Below are positions 26,099 to 33,014 of a stretch of 34,614 nt of DNA, one piece after another; position 1 is the stretch's first letter; the number at the start of each line of letters is the position of its first letter. Source of the DNA: a virus (Duplodnaviria; Caudoviricetes); IMG/VR virus record IMGVR_UViG_3300033067_000815, positions 1-34,614 of that record; one strand, written 5' to 3'. The translations under genes and the position numbers were made by a program. The notes below the pieces were generated by a model, which saw only the letters and a list, made by a program, of their open reading frames with translations, made no database searches and was not told where the DNA came from.

Positions 26099-26134
26099 AA
26101 AAAAATGATAGCAGCATAGCCAGTGTTTATGCGG

Positions 26135-26169
26135 CTGCCCGTAGCTCAGTTGGATAGAGCAACAGCCTT
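26135..26169 (+). other. att core: 5' half of a tRNA gene (tRNA-Arg(UCU)-like)
   Basis: CTGCCCG-TA-GCTC-AGTTGGATA-GAGC-A-ACAGC-CTT: acceptor 5' strand, D arm, anticodon 5' stem; no T arm follows. Confidence 0.8.
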
Positions 26170-26865
26170 GCGAGCAAAGATGCGTTTTATCAGCTCGCCA
26201 AATTCTCCCTCTACCCTTACTCTAAGCGGCTTTGCGGTTTTTGATTGCTTGACAACAAGCACGCCATCAACAATGTCGCGCTCAGTCAGGCGCAGCACAT
26301 CACCTGGCCGCTGGCCTGTCAGATACGCCAGGTCCATAGCATCCCGTAAGGGCACGCTTGCGCATTGCCACACAGCCTCGTAAACGTCGTCCGTCACGTC
26401 GTTGCTGCGCCGGTCTAGCGTATGACCGCGAATGCCTGTAACTGGATTCTGGTTCTCTGTATAGCCCCAAGCCCTAGCAACATTGAACATGTGCGAGAAA
26501 AGTCTTTTCAGCCTGTTTGCAGTGGTCGGCGTTGCCGATTTCCAGCGAAGCAAAGCATGAATATGTTTTGGCTTGATCTCATCCAAAGGCGCAGGGGTTG
26601 GATCACAGAAGAATTCGAGCAACATTTTCATGTCGCCCTTTTGCGTGGCCTGCGTGCTCTTTGCCTTTGTCGGCATGACCTCGCGCACGTACTTATCGGC
26701 CAGCTCTTTGAAGGTCGTGACGACTTCGGCGGGGTCTTCGGTAAGCGCAACCCACTTTTTGACTGCGATGGTGTAATCGCTGCCAAGAGGGATTTTCTTG
26801 CGCCCTGCTTCAAGATAGTAGTAGGTGCGCCCTGATCGTTGAACGCACGCTCTAAAGCCTTTCAT
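26146..26865 (-). pseudogene. int: Tyrosine integrase, C-terminally truncated
   Basis: Arm/core-binding regions, LTGQRPGD (Arg I) and QSKT (Lys) present; ORF runs into att core and stops with no H/RxxR, LGH or catalytic Tyr. Confidence 0.85.
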
Positions 26866-26877
26866 GGTTGCTCCAAT

Positions 26878-27102
26878 TTACACCGCCCTCGGCTCCCATC
26901 CTTTGTGCTTATCAACCGGCTCAATGCTGAATGTAAACAAAGCGCGAGCCACCTTTATCTTCCCTGCATCGTTTTCATGGAACGGTATTTTTTTCTTATT
27001 CAACCATTCAATATGCAAATTCTTGCGCTCAATCCCGCGCTTCTTGCGATAGATACCTGTGAATTCGCACAGCTCTTTATCTGAAAGCCATAGACTACTC
27101 AT
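26878..27102 (-). CDS. Excisionase-like DUF4224 protein
   Basis: WLSDKELCEFTG...EWL....IPF..N..G.IKV.R; directly upstream of int. Confidence 0.75.
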   Translation of the reverse strand: MSSLWLSDKELCEFTGIYRKKRGIERKNLHIEWLNKKKIPFHENDAGKIKVARALFTFSIEPVDKHKGWEPRAV

Positions 27103-27199
27103 TTCATCGTCCTTCCAATTTCAGCGGCTGCTCTGGTGATCGCTCGGCGAGTGGCGGCGTATGGGTCGTCGCCAGCTCAAGAAGCTCTTTGTCTGTCAT
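27099..27199 (-). pseudogene. Internally deleted phage gene
   Basis: MTDKELLELA joined out of frame to DDPYAATRRAITRAAAEIGRTMK*; both ends keep ATGA coupling; 101 nt. Confidence 0.7.
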
Positions 27200-27441
27200 G
27201 ATGCACCTCGATTCTGATAATGCTTGTCGCAAGTGACTCGGTAGCCTGTATCACTAGGCCAGCCTCCGCACACCTCGTTTTCGCAGCCTGGTTCATCACA
27301 AAGCAGGGTGAATGATTCAACTGATTTGCAATACGGACAACCATGAATGATTTGCGTGTGGTCAAATGGATTGTTGGCTCTTAGTAAATCACTATCTTCA
27401 GCAATCTTGTTGCATGTCGTGCAGCGGTAGTAGCGTTTCAC
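27196..27441 (-). CDS. Cys-rich putative zinc-binding protein
   Basis: AAGGAG RBS, GTG start; CTTC, CPYC, CDEPGC, C..H. Confidence 0.7.
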   Translation of the reverse strand: MKRYYRCTTCNKIAEDSDLLRANNPFDHTQIIHGCPYCKSVESFTLLCDEPGCENEVCGGWPSDTGYRVTCDKHYQNRGAS

Positions 27442-27699
27442 TTCACTTCTCCTTGATCCCGTGATGGGCTTCGACTTCTCGAATGAGCGCTTCAACTGCT
27501 TCGGCTGCTGGCCCATAAACAGTAATTCCAAGTCGCTCCATAATTTCAATTTGATCGTTCTCGTCCATCGGCACCAGCTTGGCTGCCAATGCAGCGCGGA
27601 GTTCATCAATCTCAGCCTGCATACAGTCGTGTTTGTCCAGACGGCTCTCCGGCAGAGTGATTCGCTCTTGCCAAGTCTTGATCACTTCACTTCTCCTTG
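27438..27699. repeat. 18-bp direct repeat at 27438-27455 and 27682-27699
   Basis: TCACTTCACTTCTCCTTG at both ends of gene 27443-27685. Confidence 0.9.
27443..27685 (-). CDS. Hypothetical early protein
   Basis: MQAEIDELRAAL, REVEAHHGIKE; RBS AAGGAG. Confidence 0.75.
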   Translation of the reverse strand: MIKTWQERITLPESRLDKHDCMQAEIDELRAALAAKLVPMDENDQIEIMERLGITVYGPAAEAVEALIREVEAHHGIKEK

Positions 27700-28254
27700 T
27701 GGCGGCTGGGGTTCACCTAGAAGTATCGCGTCTAAACTCAAGATCGCATTTACCATGAGCATTACGCCTTTTCTTGTTGGTGGTTTTGCTTGCGGCAAGT
27801 CCTCAATGTTCCGAGCAAGATTAACTGCGTCGGCCCACCCTTGCGGCACTTGCTGCGCTCCTGCTGCGACAGCTTTTTTGCCGTCGGCAAAACCGGACAT
27901 GTAAGCTATCGTCATGTCGTTGTCTCTCCACGCATCAGCCTCCAGCATGTCGGCGGCCTTCGCCATCAGCGCTTCGGTTGCAACTACATCGACATCGCCC
28001 GTGTTTGATTCGGAGTGCGTATCGCCAGACCAGCGCTTGGGCAGGTACACGTAGCCTTCGCGCAGTTTCGCAATCAATTCAGCGCGCTCAGTTGTCAACG
28101 ATTGCTTGACAACTGCCGAGGATTGCTCGGGTGTTGCGATTGCGATGACTTCGCGCAGCAATCCAGCAAAACCATGTTCATCACCATCGCCCTCGATCAC
28201 GATGGCGGCGTTGTGCAATCGCCTTTGTAGTGGTGTCATGTCTTCGAATTTCAT
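27682..28254 (-). CDS. Mosaic hypothetical early protein
   Basis: GGAG RBS before ATG 28254; TIAYMSGFADGKK segment. Confidence 0.7.
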   Translation of the reverse strand: MKFEDMTPLQRRLHNAAIVIEGDGDEHGFAGLLREVIAIATPEQSSAVVKQSLTTERAELIAKLREGYVYLPKRWSGDTHSESNTGDVDVVATEALMAKAADMLEADAWRDNDMTIAYMSGFADGKKAVAAGAQQVPQGWADAVNLARNIEDLPQAKPPTRKGVMLMVNAILSLDAILLGEPQPPQGEVK

Positions 28255-28264
28255 GGTTGCTCCA

Positions 28265-28326
28265 GAGTTATGCGACATGTCGCAGTAATTAGTTATTTGG
28301 ACGTGTCGCAGAATTCAAGTTATGCC
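28265..28326 (+). other. attI-like site bounding the cassette array
   Basis: GTTA boxes at 28267, 28292, 28319; palindrome TGCGACATGTCGCA; TGTCGCAG twice; core GTTATGCC complementary to GGCATAAC of attC-1. Confidence 0.55.
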
Positions 28327-28438
28327 CCAGCGGTCGCCAGTTGGTATTCCCATCCGGCTTTGCCGTGCAACCCATGCAGCGCAGCACGCGCTCGACAGTG
28401 TTCTTGTGGCTGGCGTTGCAGGTCGCGCAAGTTTTCAT
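28289..28438 (-). CDS. Small Cys-rich protein, paralog A (MKTCATCNASHK...)
   Basis: 49 aa, ATGA coupled; CxxC...CxxC; reads across attI-like core. Confidence 0.7.
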   Translation of the reverse strand: MKTCATCNASHKNTVERVLRCMGCTAKPDGNTNWRPLGHNLNSATRPNN

Positions 28439-28896
28439 CGCGCGTCCTCCATCGCCAGATAGATGCTCTCCAGCAGCCGCGCCGACAGCACCACGTCGCC
28501 AGTTTTCAGCGTCACGCCATGCGCGGCAGTAATCATTTCCCGCGTTACTGCCGTATCGCCAGCGCCGACTTTCCGCAGCGGCGAACCAGTGCGGCCTGTT
28601 CTCTTCAGGTAGTCAGTTGCCTTGCTATACAAATCGTCGTCGGGAGCTACCTTTTTCAGTTTCAGGGCGAGGCGCGAAACCAAAACTGCAAACTCTTCAA
28701 CCTCTGTTTTCAGTTTGTCGTTCTCGGCGCGCAGGATGTCCATCGCTTCCTCGCTTATCGGCGAAGCCTTCAGGCATGAAATCGCATCAAGCGTTTGCTC
28801 CAGGTCACCGCAACCGTCGTCGCCAATGCCAAGCGCCTCATCAATCGCGGCCAGCGTGCGCACCGCCTGTTCAAACATGCTCTTGTAGTCTGTCAT
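28435..28896 (-). CDS. Hypothetical protein (cassette 1)
   Basis: GGAG RBS just inside cassette; coiled coil and VTREMITA segment. Confidence 0.75.
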   Translation of the reverse strand: MTDYKSMFEQAVRTLAAIDEALGIGDDGCGDLEQTLDAISCLKASPISEEAMDILRAENDKLKTEVEEFAVLVSRLALKLKKVAPDDDLYSKATDYLKRTGRTGSPLRKVGAGDTAVTREMITAAHGVTLKTGDVVLSARLLESIYLAMEDAR

Positions 28897-28915
28897 TTCG
28901 TCTCCAGTGTCAAAG

Positions 28916-28996
28916 GCATAACACGTCGGTCCAGCGGACGTGCCGCCAGCGTCGCTTCGCTCCTAGTCGTCACGCCGCTGACCTCCACCGTTAGAA
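28916..28996 (+). other. attC site 1 (81 bp)
   Basis: GCATAAC-acgtc-GGTCCAGC...GCTGACC-tccacc-GTTAGAA; one extra base in L''. Confidence 0.88.
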
Positions 28997-29166
28997 CTCT
29001 CGATCCGTGCCAAAGCCAAAGCCCTTGCAGTTGCGAGTGTCAGGCTTGTGCTCACGAAACCAATCGTTATCAACGAAACAACTCCATCGATAATGCTTGC
29101 CGGGCCAATTAGTATCCTCAGTCCCAATGCCTTTGCGTTCGGCTCTTTCTTCGTATTCAATCGCAT
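28963..29166 (-). CDS. Small hydrophobic protein (cassette 2)
   Basis: GGAG RBS; MRLNTKKEP...IIDGVVSLITIGFVST; stop inside attC-1. Confidence 0.7.
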   Translation of the reverse strand: MRLNTKKEPNAKALGLRILIGPASIIDGVVSLITIGFVSTSLTLATARALALARIESSNGGGQRRDD

Positions 29167-29190
29167 TACTCTTTCTCCGAATTTGCAGAG

Positions 29191-29247
29191 TTCTAACCCT
29201 ACATTGGAGCGAACGGCTTTCAGCCGCCGCTCAATTCCACGTTCGGC
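29191..29247 (+). other. attC site 2 (57 bp)
   Basis: TTCTAAC-cctac-ATTGGAGC...GCTCAAT-tccac-GTTCGGC. Confidence 0.88.
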
Positions 29248-29248
29248 G

Positions 29249-29422
29249 TCACTGATTGCCCGGCCAAACAACCGCATCAGCCTTTCCGCGCAACACCATC
29301 CATGCTGCTTTCCAGCGGTTGGTAAAGCGCCAGTTTTCCGGGCGGGCTGGAATCCACTTACCGTCAATGCAGACGGAAGTTGTGCTGACGCTCGCCAATA
29401 GGTTTTGCAGTGTCCAGATCAT
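29249..29422 (-). CDS. 57-aa phage protein (cassette 3), missing from ORF track
   Basis: MIWTLQNL...GKWIPARP...RWKAAWMVLRGKADAVVWPGNQ; ATGA coupled. Confidence 0.75.
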   Translation of the reverse strand: MIWTLQNLLASVSTTSVCIDGKWIPARPENWRFTNRWKAAWMVLRGKADAVVWPGNQ

Positions 29423-29640
29423 TGGTCGACTCCAGCAAAAACCGGCTCTCCTGGCGGCACGATCAAATGCCCGAAGGTGTCGCTGCCAATGTCGTAAGCG
29501 TCTCGCGCCTCGTTCGTCCAGGGATTGAACAGCCAGGCCATTTTGCCGTGGTGCTCACGGTATTGAGCCGCGTGGCTCGGGTACGGTTTTTCATCGCCCG
29601 TGGCCGGGTCAAACTTCATCAGGGTTTGTTGCTGCTTCAT
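29419..29640 (-). CDS. Hypothetical phage protein (cassette 3)
   Basis: GGAG RBS; MKFDPATG..PYPSHA.QYR..HG..AWLFNPWT. Confidence 0.8.
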   Translation of the reverse strand: MKQQQTLMKFDPATGDEKPYPSHAAQYREHHGKMAWLFNPWTNEARDAYDIGSDTFGHLIVPPGEPVFAGVDQ

Positions 29641-29668
29641 CGCTTCATCTCCGTAGTTGCCCCGTGCC

Positions 29669-29758
29669 GCCGAACATTGCGGTCGAGGGGACGCTGTTCA
29701 ATCGTTGTTGGCCTCTTCGGGCGCCGTGCCGCAGCGCCCCTCACCTCCAGCGTTGGGC
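29669..29758 (+). other. attC site 3 (90 bp)
   Basis: GCCGAAC-attgc-GGTCGAGG...CCTCACC-tccagc-GTTGGGC. Confidence 0.88.
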
Positions 29759-29871
29759 GTCAGTGGTCGCCAGTTACTATTCCCGTCCGGTCTCGCCACG
29801 CAACCCATGCAGCGCATCACGCGCTCAACAGTGTTCGCATGACTGGCATTGCAAGTCGCGCACGTTTTCAT
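29698..29871 (-). CDS. Small Cys-rich protein, paralog B (MKTCATCNASHA...)
   Basis: Homologous to 28289-28438; stop inside attC-3. Confidence 0.7.
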   Translation of the reverse strand: MKTCATCNASHANTVERVMRCMGCVARPDGNSNWRPLTPNAGGEGRCGTAPEEANND

Positions 29872-29890
29872 CGTGCAGTCGGTTGTGTCG

Positions 29891-30274
29891 TTACAGCAGC
29901 ACATCCGCATCCACCCCAAGCGCATAAGCTCGTCGCGCGGCGCGATAGCAAAGCTTTCGCCTGCCTGCCTTTATATCTATGTAATGCTTCGGCATGATCC
30001 CAAGCACCTTTGCAAATTCACATTGCTTCAATCCAAGCTCGATTCGTTTTGCTTCAAGCGCATCACTCTGCGAAACTTCTTGCTTGGCACATGTCGCAAG
30101 CTGGATAAGGTTGGCAACAATCTCGGCGCGTTTCGCCCGCTCTGTTTTCTCACGGTCTAAGTATTGAGCAAGGTTGTCAATTGCTTTGTGGACTTTTTCA
30201 GGTTTAACGACTGGCAATGGCTCGTAAAACCGATCCGGCACGCTGCGATCAACTAGGCCCATCCAAATGTTCAT
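29891..30274 (-). CDS. XRE-type HTH protein
   Basis: RIELGLKQCEFAKVLGI...Y.DI.AGRR. Confidence 0.75.
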   Translation of the reverse strand: MNIWMGLVDRSVPDRFYEPLPVVKPEKVHKAIDNLAQYLDREKTERAKRAEIVANLIQLATCAKQEVSQSDALEAKRIELGLKQCEFAKVLGIMPKHYIDIKAGRRKLCYRAARRAYALGVDADVLL

Positions 30275-30924
30275 GATGCATCACCACGCAAAAACGACTC
30301 CGCATTCATCACGCATTGACGGAAGCGGATCAATCCAGCCTCAAGGTTCTCAATAAACCCCTCGTTCCTTGTAACCCTCTTGCAAAACAGGTCGCGTCCA
30401 ACATGCTCAAGGTCTGGCACATACATGATGAAGTCGCACCATTTGCGCCCGGTGATCCACATTCCGCCTTGTATCTGGTGTTCGTACTCTGATATGTCGC
30501 CAGTGCGCAGCATGGCCATGATTTTTTGAGAGTCCACAGGGCACTTGATCTCGATCAGTCCGTCATCATCGACAAACCCGTCTGTGCTGTAGCCAAACCA
30601 GTCGTCATCCGTTTTGACGATGCCGGATTCCTCGGCAATCATCCCTGTGCGCGACTCGTAAGCAATGCGGGCCTTGACTTCCATTTCGTGCCCACGGTCG
30701 AGAGCCCATCCGCGCGGCGGCTCGCCGTATGGGACGCCACTGATCCGCTCGATGGCAATGTCATAGGCGTACTTTTCAGCCGCTCCAGTCATATCGCCTG
30801 CCTTCTTGTCTCCGCTGGCGCGCTGTAACACGCTGACGGCATCAGAAAACCGGCTTGCCGTGATGGCTCCGGCGCGTGCCGCAAGCCATTCAGGCATGCC
30901 CTGTTGGCAGTTGATGAACTTCAT
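30271..30924 (-). CDS. exo: Lambda exonuclease / YqaJ family
   Basis: QG..EW..AR.G.ITAS, G.E.E..AR..YE, STDG, IEIKCP, QIQG. Confidence 0.93.
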   Translation of the reverse strand: MKFINCQQGMPEWLAARAGAITASRFSDAVSVLQRASGDKKAGDMTGAAEKYAYDIAIERISGVPYGEPPRGWALDRGHEMEVKARIAYESRTGMIAEESGIVKTDDDWFGYSTDGFVDDDGLIEIKCPVDSQKIMAMLRTGDISEYEHQIQGGMWITGRKWCDFIMYVPDLEHVGRDLFCKRVTRNEGFIENLEAGLIRFRQCVMNAESFLRGDAS

Positions 30925-31871
30925 GCCGGCTCCATGATCGACTTGAGTTCATCGAACTTGGCCTCAAGGATTGATCGCTCTTCATCGTTCTTGATGTGCT
31001 CAATCTTTACTGCCGCTTCATAAAGCGCATCGACATCCTGCGACGAAACAAGCGCCGTCATCACATCCTCAAATGATGGCGCCTGCTTTAGTTCCATCCT
31101 GCGTGCAATCACTGCGTCTTTGAATGCCTTGTGGTCTTCTGGTTGCTTGGCCAGCTTCCCGTTGTGCGTCGCCCAATACTTCGCGGCATCTGCATCCGTC
31201 TTGCATTCTTTGATGCCGTCCATCAGCGGCCTTGGGTCAAGGTAGTCGAATGTCGGTGTCTCGATCTCGTCGGCGCGCATGGACTTGCCTTCCATTTCGT
31301 CGGCTGTTGGCTGGCTTGCAATCTCTGGAAACGCCATGCGAAGGGCTTGCGCCTGGGCGCACTTTGCGATTTGCCCATAAGGACGCTTGGACCACATTGC
31401 ATTTGGCGCAACGCTCTTTTCCTTTCCGCCTTTGACTGCGTAGTTCTCTTTCCAGAACTCGCGGGCCGTGAATTCGACAATCTCGCCGGTCGGAAGCCTG
31501 CGCTTTACAGTCACGCGGCACCACTGAGGGAAAGTGATTCTTTGGCCGCCAATTGGTTCTTCAATGTCTGGGCCGAATTCCGGCTCAGTGATCCCGGCGC
31601 ATTCGCCTGAGCGCATGGCCTGGGTGCGGTACAGGTTGACGCCAGGCATGATGACATCGCGCATCGTTCCAGCCTTTGCGTCCCACATTGGGACGATGTG
31701 AACTGGCTTTTGCATGGGATCTAGCCCCGCTGCTTTGCAATAGCCAAGAACCATCTTGATCGACTCAATGGCAGCGCCAGGATACAGCGACGATTGCAAG
31801 ACCTTGATGGTCTCTTGCTCGGTAATCTGCAATTCGCCAGATTGACGAATGGTTGCTATGTTGCTCATCAT
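30921..31871 (-). CDS. bet: Phage recombination protein Bet (RecT superfamily)
   Basis: YC...GLDP..K.VHIVP, W..RP..QI.KCA.AQALR.AFP, T.DEM; adjacent to exo. Confidence 0.92.
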   Translation of the reverse strand: MMSNIATIRQSGELQITEQETIKVLQSSLYPGAAIESIKMVLGYCKAAGLDPMQKPVHIVPMWDAKAGTMRDVIMPGVNLYRTQAMRSGECAGITEPEFGPDIEEPIGGQRITFPQWCRVTVKRRLPTGEIVEFTAREFWKENYAVKGGKEKSVAPNAMWSKRPYGQIAKCAQAQALRMAFPEIASQPTADEMEGKSMRADEIETPTFDYLDPRPLMDGIKECKTDADAAKYWATHNGKLAKQPEDHKAFKDAVIARRMELKQAPSFEDVMTALVSSQDVDALYEAAVKIEHIKNDEERSILEAKFDELKSIMEPA

Positions 31872-32065
31872 TTCCCCCAAGAAGACCCGGCACGCACGCG
31901 CCGGGCCGGTTTGTTCGCCTGCCGCATAAGCTCGGCGGCATCCTGCTCGGCAATGTCGGCAGCATCTTCCGTCATCTTTTCAGCGACAACCGAGATGATC
32001 CAGCCAGCAAGAAACGCTGCGCCGAACACAAACACGATGAGAATGATTGCTTCGTAGATGGTCAT
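31868..32065 (-). CDS. Small membrane protein
   Basis: N-terminal TM; coupled both ends. Confidence 0.7.
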   Translation of the reverse strand: MTIYEAIILIVFVFGAAFLAGWIISVVAEKMTEDAADIAEQDAAELMRQANKPARRVRAGSSWGK

Positions 32066-32208
32066 TTCTTGTCCTTCTTCGCAGCAGCTTCCGCGCGGCG
32101 CTGCTCTCTGTTCATCGGTTTGAATATCGGCAGCGTTGACTTTCCAAGCCCTTGCTGGGCCTGGAGCAGCTTGACGAAGGCACTGCGCCTAATGTTGGTG
32201 TGGCTCAC
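32062..32208 (-). CDS. 48-aa basic protein with NREQRR motif
   Basis: GGAGG RBS, GTG start, coupled both ends; not in ORF track. Confidence 0.65.
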   Translation of the reverse strand: MSHTNIRRSAFVKLLQAQQGLGKSTLPIFKPMNREQRRAEAAAKKDKK

Positions 32209-32342
32209 TTCGCCTCCGTCAGTTCATGCACTTCATCAGCCACCGATTGGATGGCGTCCAGATCACTAGGCCCGCTCAAAGCGATTGGGCCAAGCCACGC
32301 AAGAAGCATGGCGATTGCGAGTACTAAAAGGTAGCGGGTCAT
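32205..32342 (-). CDS. 45-aa membrane/secreted peptide
   Basis: MTRYLLVLAIAMLLAWLGP...; coupled both ends; not in ORF track. Confidence 0.65.
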   Translation of the reverse strand: MTRYLLVLAIAMLLAWLGPIALSGPSDLDAIQSVADEVHELTEAK

Positions 32343-32527
32343 TTTTTATTTCTCCGGCTCTGTTTTTGTTCAAATCTGCGTTGAGCCCTATTAATTGCAA
32401 CCATTCCGACGCCGGTTTCTCCGATCTTTTTGGCAATCTTCAAGAGGCCCTCCAAATCGAATTTCTTACTTGCGCCAACAGAAGCAATCCTCGCCTGACT
32501 TTCGTTGCGCCCGTAATGGTTGCTCAT
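32339..32527 (-). CDS. Basic protein with NRAQRR motif
   Basis: Coupled both ends; AT-rich. Confidence 0.65.
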   Translation of the reverse strand: MSNHYGRNESQARIASVGASKKFDLEGLLKIAKKIGETGVGMVAINRAQRRFEQKQSRRNKK

Positions 32528-32739
32528 GCCGCAACCATTACGGCTTCCAACTCATCCGCCGCCGCGATCAAAGCAGCGGCCATTTCTCGGGCCTGCTCTG
32601 GGCGCATGGCGTGGTGAAAGCGCAGCGATTCGGCATATTGGCCGACAGTGATGAGCGGCCCATGTCCGTCTTGGCTGATATAGCCGCTAACTTCCATTGG
32701 GGAGTTCCCGACAAAGTTCTTGATTTCTACGGTTTTCAC
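32524..32739 (-). CDS. Hypothetical early protein
   Basis: PEQAREMAAALIAAADE motif; coupled. Confidence 0.75.
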   Translation of the reverse strand: MKTVEIKNFVGNSPMEVSGYISQDGHGPLITVGQYAESLRFHHAMRPEQAREMAAALIAAADELEAVMVAA

Positions 32740-33014
32740 AGTGATTCCTCCGGTTGGTTTAAAAACGCAATCTCGATTTCTTCGATTTGCTTGTCACTCA
32801 GAAGCTCATAGATGTCTTGCTCTCCGCAATAGGCCGAGCGCAGCTCAGACACGGCAGGCTCGCCGGGACAATCAGGCGTTTCACGCTCTGGCGGCTCGTA
32901 GTGAATCTCGCATTCAAGCTCGACGCCGTTGAGTGTGTAGTCGAAATTCGTCACGCGCTGGCGACGAATGAAGGGCGCCAGGGCCTGCTCAAAGATCGGG
33001 TGAAGGTTGCTCAT
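32736..33014 (-). CDS. Hypothetical acidic early protein
   Basis: MSNLHPIFEQALAPF, YEPPE; coupled. Confidence 0.75.
   Translation of the reverse strand: MSNLHPIFEQALAPFIRRQRVTNFDYTLNGVELECEIHYEPPERETPDCPGEPAVSELRSAYCGEQDIYELLSDKQIEEIEIAFLNQPEESL

Larger units (their letters stand above)
28319..29758 (+). mobile_element. Array of three integron-type gene cassettes with antisense ORFs, no IntI in window
   Basis: Cassettes 28320-28990, 28991-29241, 29242-29752; each 5' core is complementary to its own R'' box. Confidence 0.85.

Noticed and set aside
25765-26100. 111-aa minus-strand ORF, or the missing int C-terminus
   Set aside because: No RBS, no recombinase motifs, crosses a terminator and structured RNA
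26135-26210. Complete tRNA gene
   Set aside because: The anticodon 3' stem breaks after 2 bp and no T arm or acceptor 3' strand follows; the sequence continues as int antisense
26146-26865. The integrase as the IntI acting on the attC array
   Set aside because: It looks like a prophage integrase paired with xis and a tRNA att, and is truncated before the region holding the IntI-specific insertion and catalytic Tyr
28916-29758. Reading the three palindromes as terminators or REP elements
   Set aside because: No U tracts, dissimilar internal sequences, yet conserved box spacing, asymmetric bulges and cassette-end complementarity specific to attC
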